In this document: positions 1 to 13,300 of the stretch, one piece after another
Position numbering within the stretch: position 1 is the first letter of the stretch
How the letters are laid out: every line of letters begins with the position of its first letter
Assembly: GCA_973851085.1 (NCBI GenBank)
Contig: OZ316775.1
Location: 23,064,001-23,128,000, forward strand
Origin: Ptychomitrium polyphyllum
Lineage: Eukaryota
Direction of reading: 5' to 3'
Length of the DNA: 64,000 nucleotides
Notes under the pieces: model-generated
Seen by the model: the letters and a program-made list of their open reading frames with translations, nothing else
Told to the model about the DNA's origin: nothing
Databases searched by the model: none
Translations under genes and position numbers: made by a program

Positions 1-3000
1 TAGATGGAAGGGCTTACAACAAAGTGGACCATCATGAGAAAAAACCATTCAAATCAAGAGATAAGGGTGCTGAAGTGAAGCACAAGCGTTGCCACGACTG
101 TGGTAAGATTGATCACTTCATTGCGGAGTGCCCCGATAAAAAAGTGAATACCAAAACTTGTCACACTTGTGTTGTAGATCACATTTTAGAAGGTGGATTT
201 GTGGCCAAGGCTAGTACTTTTAAGCCAAGGTCGAGTCCCTTATACCTTGAGGCCCAAATAAATGGCAAAAAAGTCTCAAATTTGTTTGACACAGAGACAA
301 CACACTCCTTCATGAGTCCCAAGCTAGCAAGGGTGTTGGGCTTATCAGCTCAAAAAACTAGCAAGTCCATCAACGTGCGATTTGCAAAAGGCAAACCGTA
401 CGAGACGAAGGAGGTGGTATTGGATGTGGCCTTAAGCAGTGGAACATTGGAGTTGAAGGAAAGCTTTACACTATATGAGATGGATGAGGTAGACCTCATT
501 TTAGGTGATACCTTTTTTAAAACTCATGTGGTGGATGTGAAGCGAAAGCCAGCACGGTTAGTAGTGTGCCGTGGTGGAAAGGAGGCAATGTTGAAGTTGA
601 CTCGAACTCCTATGGTTGCAGGAGGCAAGTTGAACTTAGTCTCCTTAGAACAATTAGTGAATAACCAATTTGTGGTTGTGATGCGAATGGAGCAAGAAGA
701 GGGGAATAGGCCAAGTGCTAGGGAGGTTAAGACTATTTCCAAGTGCATTCAAAATGTACTAAGTGGTTACAAGGATATGCTCACCAATGAGCTGCCCGGA
801 GAGTTACCGCCAAGAAGAGAAGTAGATCACAAAATTGAAGTGATACCGGGAACGGAGCCCCCTTCAAAGGCTCCATACCGGTTGAACCAAAAAGAACTAG
901 AGGAGTTGAAGAAGCAATTGAATGACTTGTTGGAAAGAGGCTATGTTAGGCCAAGTAAGTCGCCATATGGAGCACCGGTCCTCTTTGTAGACAAAAAGGA
1001 TGGCTAGCTCCGCATGTGAGTCAACTATAGAGCCTTGAATAAATCCACCATCAAGAACAACTATCCTTTGCCTTGGATTGATGACCTCTTTGATAGATTG
1101 GCAGGAGGTAAATACTTTAGTCGGATAGACTTGAAGTCGGGCTACTATAAAATCCGCATTGTGGATGAAGATGTGCCAAAGACCACATGCCGCACTAGGT
1201 ATGGGTCCTATGAATTTTTGGTGATGCCGTTCAGGTTGTGTAATGCTCCTTCGACGTTCACGACCCTCATGAATACCATCTTTCAAAAAGAGATGGATGA
1301 CTTTGTCATTGTCAACATTGATGACATCTTGGTGTACTCCAAGTTGGCTGAAGAACATGCATGGCACCTCGAAGTGGTGCTTCAAAAACTTAGAGACCAC
1401 AAACTTTATGCAAATGGAGAAAAGAGTGAGTTTGCTCAACTTGAGATTGAGTTCTTGGGCCATATAGTGACGGATGATGGAATCAAGTCGGACATAAAGA
1501 AGATAAAGGCAATTAGAGAGTGGAAACAACCTTCTACATAAAAGGGGCTAAGATCATTTTTTGGCCTAGCAAATTATTATAAAAAGTTCATACGCAACTT
1601 CTCCAAAATTGCTAGACCTTTGTCCGACTTGTTGAAGAAAGGAGCTAGCCAAATATGGGATGAATTTTATCACCAAGCTTTTAAAGAACTCAAGGACAAG
1701 TTGTCACAATCGCCGGTATTGAAGTTTCCCGAGTTTAAAAAGTCCTTTGAGGTCCACACGGATGCAAGTGACTTTGCCACTGGCCGAGTGCTCATGCAAG
1801 AAGGCATGCCAATTGCCTATGAGAATAAGAAATTGGATTGGTGCCAAAAGAGTTGGCCTATGCATGAGAAAGAATTCTTTGCCGTAGTGCATTGTTTGAA
1901 AACATGGCGGCACTACTTGGGCCTACATAAAACCAAAGTCTACACGGACAACATGTCCTTGAAGTACTTTGAGTCACAAGCACAAATGAGTGCAAAACAA
2001 TTGAGGTGGCATGACACCTTGGCACTCATAAATGTGGATTTGATCCACAAGCTGGGGCGTGACAATGTAGTGCCGGATGCTCTAAGTAGGCGGAAGGAGT
2101 TGCAAGCGAGGGGCTCAGCCCAAGTCGTGCGAGCAATATACAAGGAAGAAGGCAATTTGGAAAGGAAGATAAGAGAGGGGCACATGAAGGACTTCGAAGC
2201 ACAAAGGCTTCTCGGTGAGCTTAAGAAGGGTATGAAACTTAAGGAAATTAAGTTGGATAAAGGATTACCCAAGTACAAACAAAGTCGGGTGTATGTGCCT
2301 CATGGAAAACTACGGTTGTTGGTTTTGAAAGAAGAATATGATAGTCCCATAGCCGGCCATAGAGGAGAAAAATCCACCATAGCGGCGGTGTCAAGAAGGT
2401 ACTATTAGGCCGGGCATGAAAGTGGAGATTACCAACTTTGTGAAAACTGGTGTGAAGTGCCAACTCAATAGAGCCTCTTATAAAAAGCAAGCCGGTCTAC
2501 TACAACCTTTGCCAATTCCGCCGGGTCCATGGCATAGCATGTCATGGACTTCATCACAAGTCTTCCAGAATCGCAAGGGCATAATGCCATCTTTATGATG
2601 GTGGATCACTTTAGCAAGTTGACGCACATGGTGCCAACTAGAGGAACTGTAACTGCACATGAGACCGCAAAGCTATTCCTTGATGCATGGTGGAAACATC
2701 ACGGGTTGCCGAGAGTGATTGTGTTGGACCAAGATCCAAAATTCATTATTGCTTTTTGGAAACATTTCTTTAGGAAAGTTGGAATCAAATTGATGTTTAG
2801 CACTGCTTTCCATCCTTAAATGGATGAGCAAACGGAACTATTGAACGGAGTCTTGAACCAATGCTTGAAGAACTTTGTGAGTGCGGACCATTGCAATTGG
2901 GTGGATTATGTGAGCCTAGCGGAGTTCAGTTACAATGCGGCCAATCAATTGGTGACCAAATAGTCGCCATTTAAGGTGGCCTATGGAGTGGAGCCGCTCC

Positions 3001-3631
3001 AGCCTGCCGACTTAGCTCTAGAAGGGGCACATTCGACACTAGAGTTTAACCAAGATGGTGAAGACTTGGCCAAAAAGCGAGAACAAATGTTGGAAAAGAC
3101 CAAGCTTTTGTTGGAAAGGCACAAAAGTGGTACGAGAAACAAGTCAATGTCGGAAGACGTGAAGTGAAGTATGAAGTAGGCCAGAAGGTGTTGTTGAATG
3201 TGAAGAATTTTAGCTTGCATGAAGGCCTCACTCCAAAGTTCATGTCCAAGTTTGCGGGGCCGTTTTCCATTGTAGAGCGGGTGTTTAAAGTTGTGTTCAA
3301 GTTAGAGCTACCACCCAAAATCAAAGTGCACCCAATATTTCATGTCTCACTCCTTAAGCCATTCAAAAAGGATACCTTGTGGCCCAATTGCAAGCAAGTG
3401 ATTTGGCCATCGCTGGAATTGATAGGCGACCACTTGGAATACGAAGTAAAAGGAATTCTCAAGTATAGGCACCACAAGAAAATAGGAAAAGAGTATTTGG
3501 AGAAGTGGAGAGGGTACCATCAAAAGGAAGCAACTTGGGTATTGCCAATGAAGTGGTGGAACGCTTTGAAAGAGATAAGAATTCCAACAAAAGACAATGT
3601 TGGCATTGATAAAGACATCAATTTCTTTTAA
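1..3631 (+). mobile_element. Degenerate Ty3/gypsy chromovirus internal region (gag zinc knuckle, protease, RT, RNase H, integrase, chromodomain); 5' end outside window
   Basis: ORFs 24-1007 (CHDCGKIDHFIAEC CCHC knuckle; LFDTETTHSF protease relic), 1035-1541 ([22 protein letters not shown]), 1620-2408 (FEVHTDASDF RNase H), 2544-2819 (MDFITSLP integrase), 3164-3631 (GPF..FHVSLLKP, YEVKGIL..EYLEKWRGY chromodomain). Broken by stops and frameshifts. Confidence 0.95.
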
Positions 3632-3745
3632 TAAGAGAATAGAGGCTTGTAGCATTAACTTCTTCACATCATGTATTGGTTCTTTGACTTATGGCAATGA
3701 AGTTCAAATTTTGTGTGTGCAAAGAGTAGAGTATAAGATCATGTT

Positions 3746-4315
3746 TGTTAGGGATACAAAAAACAAGAAGCAGAAACGACATGTTTCCCAAGAATTAACT
3801 TCCAAAGAGCTAATGATTAACAAGAACTTGATACAAAGACTATAACAAGGCAAGATTCAAGATGATCCACAACTTGTGTTGGCAAGACTAAGTAATATCT
3901 TGTCTTGCCTCCTATTTATACTATGATGTTTGTATCTCCTAGGATACTTCTGAAGAAGCTTCCTACAAGGTTTAAGAATGCTTTGGAAGTTTAGGAAACC
4001 TTCCCAAGAAGATTCCTAAGATGTTGGAACCTTCTTAAGAACCTTCCAAGGAGTTGGAACCTTCCTTGAAAATTTCCTAAGGTAGCAGAACCTTTTTAAA
4101 AGTTTCCTAAGATAATGGAATCTTCCTAGGAAGTTTTCTAAGATGATGGAACCTTCATAGGAAGTTACCTAAGGTAGAGGAACTTTCCTAAGAAGCTTCC
4201 TAAGAACATGAAAAGACTATGGAGACATTTAAGAATATTCTAAGAAGCTATTATAGTATATTAGAAGGTTCTAGAATGTTCTAAGGCCTATGTTGCATGA
4301 TCTATGTCCGTGACA
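3746..4315 (-). repeat. LTR, family A (same family as 22232-22801); 3' LTR of a truncated minus-strand element
   Basis: TGTTAGGGA...TGTCCGTGACA termini. Followed by tcacctccccattta (reverse-complement PPT) and ~220 bp matching 22802-23025. Confidence 0.92.
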
Positions 4316-4538
4316 TCACCTCCCCATTTAGCGACAAGTCCCATGAGGAGCTCTTTTCTTGGCTTGCTTGTCACATTCCTACAAATTCCAAAATTTGGCA
4401 AAGAAGTGAAGCAACATACTCTGCTGTTTGTTCTTTGTTCACTAGTTCAACTGGTCCTTGCAAGAAACGCCGATGGCTACCAGCCAAGACTTTTGTTGTT
4501 GAAATGTCCCATTCTAGGATCTGATCTTGATTAAGTCC
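4316..4538 (-). mobile_element. Truncated 3' internal region of a family A gypsy element (PPT and 3' UTR)
   Basis: Near-identical to 22802-23025; similarity ends abruptly at ...cttgattaagtcc. Confidence 0.85.
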
Positions 4539-4552
4539 TAAACCCTAAAACC

Positions 4553-5466
4553 TGATCCCTCTCTCCACTCCCCTAATGTCTCGGTAAGAACCAAGGGTGA
4601 ATTTCGGTTGGTGGAGTTAGTGTTGGGGCTTCTCCACGGGAACTTCCACACGATTCTGAGCTGATGGATGACCATTTCACGAAAGGAACTAGTGAGATTA
4701 AAAAGGTACGCTTGTTATCACTAAATTGAGGTGGTGTCTCCACGCCGGCATAATAAATCTGGGGTGATCTTAGGATCATACGGAAATCATGTGCCGTAGT
4801 GAGAAGACACCACTAAGTACAATTAGGCTGTGTGGAATGAGAATAACACTAAGTGAGGCCTTGGACATGAATGGAAGTCCGCACTTAACCATTGGCTACC
4901 AATCAATTGGATGTCCTAAGAGAAATAGTAAGGGGCATTGGAAACCCAGCCTAGGACTTAAGAAGTGAGAATAGTGGTTAACCATATGTATGAGGACGTA
5001 TACAAGGTTGACGGGAGTGACGTTTCTTATACAGAAGTTACTAGAAGTAGAGAAGAAGATTGCACAAGCATAGAACCACACAAAGTAGTACAAACAATAC
5101 TTGGAGTAAGATATTGCCTTCTCTCAAAGGCCTTTACTTATACTACCATGTAATGACGTCTCAAGCACCTTTTAAGGTCCTTCTCAAGTATCTTGCAAGT
5201 AGCTTTCCAAAGCCACTTGCAAGTTTCTTTATGCCAACTCATACACCCACTTGTCCTTGCCTTCCCATGCAAGACATGTGGGTTGGTCCTACCACGTTCA
5301 CCGTGTACCATATATGTACCTTTTAAGTGGCTTTCACCTTTCCCCCTTTTCTCCCCATTTTCTCTCCTTCTATATCTACCACAAAATGATATTATTTACA
5401 CCACCATAAATACTACGAGCAACTCTAATCTCCAACATGTTAAGGTACATTACAAGGGTTGCGATA
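4553..5466 (+). repeat. LTR, family B, longer copy
   Basis: Starts TGATCCCTCTCT, ends AAGGGTTGCGATA (CA decayed to TA). Reverse-complement match to 6188-6687. No TSD seen. Confidence 0.7.
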
Positions 5467-6187
5467 CTTAATTTATTAATGACCATGTATTTCTATCTAT
5501 TATTCTATGTGTCTATAAATAAATCCTACAAATCATGTATATATAAGAAATATCTTCTAATTCATTCTTGAGTTGAAATTGAGAATAAAATGAAATATTA
5601 TGTAGAAGAGATTTTAGATTACGCATATAAAATGTATACTTTGAATACTTTATACATTAGCAAGGATATAGAATCAATGAAAAGATGTGGAAATAATCAA
5701 ATAATGCATTATCAAAAGGTATTAGAATTCCATCAAAGATTTTTGAATAAATCTGGTTGTTGATGATGTCCCACATAAAAATAGCAAGTCAACAATTGCT
5801 TAGCTTTATGAGAAAGATTTATTGTCAGTAATAAAAAATAACCATTAGAAAGAAAGAACCATACTTAATATTCACTTATATAATTTTATAATTTATATTT
5901 CCAAGTTATACTATCTAAAGACTTTAGTTGCTAGGAAGTATGTCAAATCTTTGCATTCTTATGGATTTGTACGTGGAACAATTATTTGAGGTTCTTTCAA
6001 TACAAGTACATAATAAATTAATTCAACCATTACAATCTTTAGTATTACAAATAGAATAACAACAAGGCAAGGCTTCAAGACTCTAAAATATAAAATAAAG
6101 TACTCTAAAGTATATTAGAAGCAAAGAACTATAATAAGGTATACAAATAGGATTAAAAAGCCTGAGTTAGACCTTTAAGATATGCGT

Positions 6188-6687
6188 TGTTGCAACCCTT
6201 GTAATGCACCTTAAAAACGTCACGCACGTCAACCCTGTACACCCCCATATGCACATGGTTAACCTCTATTTTCACTCTCCAAGTTCCAAGCTTGGTTTCT
6301 GATTTTCTCTACTATTTCTTTTAAGACACCCAATTGATTGGTAGCCAATGGTTAAGTACGGACTTCCATTCATGTTCAAGGCTTCACTTAGTGTTACTTT
6401 CATTCCACACAGCCTAACCGCACTTAGTCGTGTCTCCTCACCACCACACATGATTCCCATGTGATCCTAAGATCACCCCAAATCCATAGTGCCGGCGTGA
6501 AAACACCACCCCAATTTAGTGATAACAAGCGTACCTTTTTAATCTCACTAGTTCCTTTTGTGAAATGGTCACCCATCAACTCACAATAGTGTGGAAGTCC
6601 CTGTGGTGAATCCCCAATACTAGCTTCATCAACCGAGACTTATTCTTGGTTCCTACCGGGACACTAGGGAAGTAAAGAGAGGGACCA
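6188..6687 (-). repeat. LTR, family B, internally deleted 3' LTR preceded by a PPT
   Basis: Minus strand reads TGGTCCCTCTCT...AAGGGTTGCAACA and is immediately preceded by purine-rich TATAGGGGAAGAT (6688-6700). Lacks the ~5025-5440 segment of the other copy. Confidence 0.72.
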
Positions 6688-7351
6688 ATCTTCCCCTATA
6701 GTACTCTTTGTGGGATTTGGTAGGCCCCTTGGCCCTCTGTAGCTGGCTAAACCCTGACACATCAAAACTTTGGAAGACCATCCGATTACCCTTGGGACTT
6801 AGCCGCTGGAAGCTTCCGGGACTTCCTGCGAACCTTCAAGGAGCCATATCTTCCACGTTTGGTATCTGAATCTATCAAGAAACCACTCTATTGTCATTTA
6901 CTCTTTGCGTAGATGCCAATAAATTCTTCAAACGTCCAATTTAACTTAGTATTCAGGGAGATATGCCTCTCCCAAGGTTCGGGACTCTCAGGGAGTCCTT
7001 CCCTGCACTGTCTTAGTCCAGTACAGCCACTATTTAGGGCTGCCACAATCCAGAACAGCCCCTTGGCAGACCCAACTTTGGGATGCCATATCTTTTAGTT
7101 CCCTTGTCTGATTTGAGCAATCTTTAACATTTTAGAAAATGCTCTTTGTAAGTCCTCTAATGCCTACAATTTCTCTTCTGTGGCCCTTGGTCTATATGGG
7201 AAAAGATGTTCTTTCCTTTGAGATGCTTTCCACGCCAGGCCTATTTGGGCTACTTCACTATCGGCACCACAAGTTTGGGACATCACTCCAGGGTCTCCCT
7301 TGTGCCTTTAATGTTGCGGGCACTCCTCAAGAAAAGATGCGCGACATGCGT

Positions 7352-7595
7352 TGTTAAAATTGAAGATTTCCTCATCCTTGATTTATATATATATACTAGA
7401 ACTACAAGCCTTGGAAGCTTTTCAAGAAGCTTCTAATACAATGCTTTATATCCCAGCAACCTTTAGTTGTTTACTCAGCCAAAGTAACTTCTTTAGAAGC
7501 TTCTTTTATTAAAATAACTTCTTTAGAGACTTCCTTGGCCTTCTTAAACCTTCTAAGAATCTTTCTAAAAGCTTCTAATATGTATATCCATAACA
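7352..7595 (-). repeat. LTR fragment, family C
   Basis: Shares tatatatactagaactacaagccttggaagctt and the cttct..gaagct repeats with 42622-43102. Confidence 0.7.
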
Positions 7596-8856
7596 CTTAG
7601 CACTTCAGAATTTGAAGCAAGAAATAAGAAGTGCTTATAGTAGAATTTGTTGTTAAAAAAAGAAGTGTTGTAATGAACATTTATTACAAAACATAGATTT
7701 TAAGGACTTTTTTGTAGTTTTTAGTAGCTTCCAAGAACCTTTCAATGGCTTCAACATTTTCTAATAATTTCCAATAGTTTTTTAAAATCTTCTAATAATT
7801 TTTATAGTCTTGTATTTTTTTTGAAAATACTAGGAATTTTTCATATATAAAACATTCTATAGTTTTATAAAACTTTTCATTAAGAATTACTTAAACAATA
7901 TAGGCTTTGTGATGTAAATAAGAAATAAAAAGAAGTATATCTTAATTTTGCTAATACAAGTTGTTGAACATTATCCATATTATTGCTTTTTCTCTAATTC
8001 TTACACCAATTTTCATTGTTTGGTAATTGTTGAAGGTTAATCTTTGAAAGCACATTAATGCTAGTTAAGGTAGCATTAGATGATAAGTTATATGGTATAA
8101 AATGCTTCATTGTTATGTAACTTCATACTTGTATATACAAACTTCTAATGTTATAAAAAAGACTTCATTGCTCATTCAATGTACTATAATTTATGAATTG
8201 AAATGTTTTAGATTGCATTGTGTTATTTCAAACTTGTTTGTAAATGATCATTTGTTTTGTTGAAAAATGTCATAAATCAATCCATTGTACGTTCTACACA
8301 TACTTAGAAGACCTTCCATAGCTCTTTTCAAACATTTAGAGCTATCATATATATGTACATTCACCTCCACTAATGCAAATACTGTGCTAATTTTGATTGT
8401 TCTACCTCTTGACTCAATTATTATTATGAACACTTAAATAAATAAAAACATTTTTGAAAATAATGGCAAAGTACATCATGACTCCAATTGCATGTGTACT
8501 TGAACTATGATTTAACTTAATCAACGCCAAACTTTTAAAGTGATGAATATTACCATATATTACACAAATGAATTTGATGATACGGTTGTAATTAACATAT
8601 TAGTCTCTTGTTGTGCTCAAGAGTAGAGGAGGCAAGGCAAGGTTACGAGTATATTATGCCATATCTTCAACAATCAGCGAGTTAGCTATGCACAAACTTC
8701 CGTAATATATAGTAAATAAATCCCTTGTTTGTGATTTTCAGAGAATTGGGATCCATCTCTTCACACCCACTGAAGGGTCACTTAACCAAGAGTTTTCTTC
8801 GGCTAAAGGAGCTTCTCATATCTGGCACTTCAGCAATCTTTCGATTGTCTACAATG

Positions 8857-8964
8857 CAGCACATGATACAAGCTTCAGCCTCAGCACACGATACAAGCTT
8901 CAGCCTCAGCACACGATACAAGCTTCAGCCTCAGCACACGATACAAGCTTCAGCCTCAGCACAC
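8857..8964. repeat. Tandem repeat, 25-bp unit CAGCACACGATACAAGCTTCAGCCT x ~4.3
   Basis: Units at 8857, 8882, 8907 and 8932, partial at 8957; one mismatch in the first copy; no spacers. Confidence 0.95.
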
Positions 8965-9182
8965 ACATTCACTGGATAATTTGTCTGTGACAACAAAACC
9001 AAAGAGCCTTCCTAACCATGCATAATGTTCAATCAAATCATATGGGACAATTCTGCTGATAAGACCCTGATTCTCTACTAAGTTGTACTGAACAAAATGT
9101 CTGCTCGAGTTTAAAGACAAACTTGCAGCCTCATAAATGTTTGTATAATCTCCAAGACAAGGATTGCCCAGCCAAGCGGAGA

Positions 9183-9791
9183 ATGACGGCTGAGTGCGCC
9201 AAGCAGAAACGGGATGGGCCACCTCCAGGTACACCTAAAGCTACCGGTGATAACAACAATAAGCAACAAAGGCCTAAAGATGTCCTTGCGGAATTAAGCC
9301 GAGTGGGTTACGAAGCTGCATACGTCATGGCACGCAAAACAAGGATCGGTAACCTCCAGAACCGTGTGGAAGCACTGGAGAAGCACCACCACGAAGAGAA
9401 AATGAAGCAGAACAAGTTCGTGCTACGGGAACTTGTGAAAGAAGCGAGGGCAAGGATTCTGGAAATGAATGGAATTCTCCCACCGAATTCCAAACAAAGC
9501 TGGAAGTACTGCCTGCGTAATTTGACCCCACAGCAGCTACAGCAGGCCAACGTGAATCTACGCTTGTGGCCGGAGATTGTCGAGATTCTAAGTCCGTCGG
9601 CCGTGAAGCTCAACGACTGGGTTCATGGGTACACTACATGGCAAGCTGCACGAGTAATAGAAGGAATGAATTCTAAAGTGCAGTCCACTTGGGCTGAGTT
9701 ATTTAAAGTGACGCACAAAGGGGAAGCTTTTGAGGAGTATACTAAGGTAGAAGAGCCTACAATGATTGAGGAGCTTCATGAACACGAATAG
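9183..9791 (+). CDS. Intronless hypothetical protein (~202 aa from the first ATG), coiled coil plus helical domain
   Basis: Open frame 9123-9791 with first ATG at 9183; protein-like composition; more GC-rich than its flanks; no family recognised. Confidence 0.55.
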   Translation: MTAECAKQKRDGPPPGTPKATGDNNNKQQRPKDVLAELSRVGYEAAYVMARKTRIGNLQNRVEALEKHHHEEKMKQNKFVLRELVKEARARILEMNGILPPNSKQSWKYCLRNLTPQQLQQANVNLRLWPEIVEILSPSAVKLNDWVHGYTTWQAARVIEGMNSKVQSTWAELFKVTHKGEAFEEYTKVEEPTMIEELHEHE

Positions 9792-10382
9792 GGACTTAAG
9801 AAAGAAGGGGAAATCTAAGCACAGAAAAATGGGAGAATACAAGCATGTATCCAGTCGTAGCCAGCAGAGCATGAGAGACTAAACGGAAAGCGCATCTAGC
9901 TTTCTGACTAGCCAAATCCAAATAACCAACAATCTACACACTAAAGCTATTGGATTAGCAGTAAATTCAATGAGCAACCCAATTCATAAAGATGTAGTTA
10001 AGAAACGACTGCAGTTACTCAACATATTAATATGCAAAAGACAAACAAGAGCAAGATAGAGGCGCAATATAGGCAGAGAAAAAGGCTTGCCAGGAGTACT
10101 AATGATTAGGATACTGTCTGCGCAATTGATCTTATTGACTGATGAAAGCATCCCAATCAGTGAAGGGTTTGACAGTGAGCCTGCCTCTGCATTGGAAACC
10201 CTGAGCAAACCGAAAACTGCTGTTAACTGGGCGGCAAATGAGTTGCTGATTCCTACATTCTTCCTTTGACCATTGAAAATCAGTAAGGTTATGGTACAAA
10301 ATTCTGATTGTTAGCAGCTATCTTGCCAGTGGCTGCACATGAATGATACATCTAAATCAGTAGCCTAGCTGAATCAAATCGT

Positions 10383-13300
10383 TCAGTCATATTGTGACAG
10401 CCCTTTACTGGAGGTCACAACACACAAGTGACGATACTGCTTCAATAGAGTCAGGGCTGACTCCTTTCGCTCCAGTTTCAGTTCCACGTATACAGCAGCC
10501 AACATTGCTATAGGGTTCGTGGGTGACATTGACAGCGCCAGCTGTGCCAATCGATGTGCTTCCTGAAGATTGCCTTGCATTGCATACACAGCTATCAGAT
10601 TTATATAGAGTGATGCTCTAGCGTTCATTCCCGTCAATCTCGCAACGCTGGCTGCATCACCCAAAGCACCAACAGTGTAGGTAGCACCGTCCTCACCATC
10701 AACACTCGCCTCACTGTTGTCCCCACTTTTCCATTTGAGGTTGCTCTCATCTTCGGTGCCTGGGTTTGTAGGTTCAGCTGCTGTCTCATTTAAAGAAGTT
10801 GAGAGATGCTCGAGGGCTTCCTGAGGTCTCTCCAGCTGGCATAGAGCTTCGGCTGCATACATGTGTCCAAGGAACATGTAGGGCCGGGCACAGGAAGGCT
10901 GGCGTAACAGCTCTTCCGCTGATCGTAGAGCTCGTAATGGGTGACCCACTCCGAGATGACAATAAGAAAGTGCCGCTAGTGCCCACATCCGTAACGCAGC
11001 CGTCTCATGTATCTTGTGTTCTTCGATAGCTGCCACGGCAGCTAGAAGGCTTTTAGTGTCCTTGGCTTCTCCTTTTGGACTGCTCCCTCCTCCTTTAAAA
11101 TTCTGGGTGTCATCAACATCCTTCACTTCAGCCGCTGCAACTGCCACCTCCACAGCCACTTCCGCTGTTTTTGCATCACAACGGTCGAAGAGACAAACCG
11201 CAATCTGTAAACACTGAATTGCGAAGGAAAGGGAGAGTTTGTGAGACTTCCCAGACACAAACCACTTCTCAGTACCATCTGGTATCTGTACATCTCCCTC
11301 TGATTCATCCATCTTGAACACTAGTGCACCATTTAGCACTGTTGGGTTAAGACTTCCTCCAGGCAATACCACATGACGCCACGATCCTTCGCCTACTACT
11401 GTCACCTTTACTTCTCTCTTTGTTGTTGAGATATTCTCCAGAAGACCCTTCTCCAGAGCAACAACACAACACTCGGCCAATCGCAGCCATAGCAAAGGCC
11501 GATTGTAGTAGAGAGCAGCGGCTTCCTGTAATGATAGAATTAATTAGCCTATGTATTAGCACAGCATCTCTTCAACCTTAAAAATAATCAAACAAGTTAA
11601 ATAGTGCAACAGGAAACCAGGGCATATAATGTTCAAACACAAGCAGCTGTATGCACACCTGAAAACAACGAGAAGCCAGATTGGGATTCCCACATGATAG
11701 CTGCTGCAACCCTGCATTGTAAATGATAGGAAAAGATCTATTTTGTGAAAATACTGGCACAAACAGAGGCTCGCTGCGCTCTGACGTGGCACAAGCTTGT
11801 AGTGCTTTTCTGAAGTAGAGAGCTGCGGTTTGGTCTTTTCTTAATCGATGATGAATGCAGCCAAGGTTGGAGAGAAACATCCCTCGCATACCTGGGTCAG
11901 CTCGCCCTATACACACGGTCAACTGCTTTATGGCTTTCCGATAATTTCCGCGAGAATATTCCAGCTGTGCTTTGAGAAGCAATGCTATCACATTTTCACG
12001 AGAAAGATTCAAAGCAGACTTAATCTCTCTCTTAGAGGCCTTCAAGTTCCGTCCAGAGAGAAACAAACGAACTCTGTACAGATACAACAGCAGTTTGACA
12101 TCCACTGGTGGAATAGGTTTCTCCCGTGCTGCAATTGCAGGCGTAACAACTGCTTTACTGCCAAGATTATGGCTGGAATCTACCTCTAGGGATCCAAGCA
12201 TGACAGAATCCTCCTCTAAAACTTCATCAGATGAAGTCCTTGCAAGAGTTTGCTCGGCGTTCGTTGTAAGTATATCAATCTCAGAAGGCGTTGAGCTTGG
12301 CAAAGTAGGTGCTGTACTGGAAGCCTCCACTGGAGGCAACAGGTACCCAAACGCCTTTTCCATATACTGCAAAACGTCCTGCATTTGCAAACAACTGGTA
12401 TCACATAGACTGGCACCCAACGATTACAATATTCTATATTGAATAAATGCGTAAACGTGTATGTATTGAACTGTAACCTACGATAGAAAGCTGAACCAAC
12501 TAACCGCTGCTTTCCCAGGCTGACCAGAAGCCAGTGTAATATCCAACATTAGAAGACACACCCGCAATGCACCTGCCTGCAAACACATAAATTATTAGTC
12601 CGGATGAACAAGAGGAATTAACCCCTGACCGCGAGATCATTCGCATTAAGAGAGCTGCTGTGTGAAAGCTTTAACAACTTGTGATCAATTAAGATCAGCT
12701 GTAGCTAATCGGTACATGTTGGAAACCCTAAGATTTAAAAAAAAATTATTCAGTTTTCAAAAAGGCACAAAAATAAAAGAATCACAAACCTCATCGATTG
12801 GTTCTATGTTTCGATAAAGAGGCTCCAAGATAGACATTGCTGCAGCATATCTTTGTAGGTGGTACATAATCGTTGCCTGAATTCATGCGCAACCCACAAA
12901 CGAATCATTTCTCCCTTCGAGACGCTAGAAGTATGTCATCTTTTCACTAATAACATGCAGCATATACCCAAAGAATACTCTTTGGTAAAAACGGTTGATC
13001 AGTTTAATTGTAGAATGCCACAAATCGACCTCAATATTTCATAGCTATTTAATAGACACCGAGTACATACATTATTCAAATTGGGGATCGACATATCATA
13101 GTCTTCCATATACGCAACAACATCCGCACTATTCGTCCGCATAGCACTAGAAAGCCCTCCATTGTCACCACTGCCATTGGTGCTACCAGAAGTTGAAGCA
13201 GAACTATTTCCTTCCAGCTGCTCTTCTGCAGCACGAGCTAGCTCCTCATTACGGGCCTGTCCATTCGAAACCAAAATCATAACGCTATCAAATCGCCTCT

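Noticed and set aside
897..1529. 210-aa antisense ORF
   Set aside because: Antisense shadow of the reverse transcriptase region.
7900..8450. Possible Helitron Rep relic (CRTYNGLIYDIFQQ)
   Set aside because: A single short motif resemblance in very AT-rich decayed DNA; not supportable without a search.
8857..8964. Possible CRISPR array
   Set aside because: Units are head-to-tail with no unique spacers; eukaryotic context; no cas genes.
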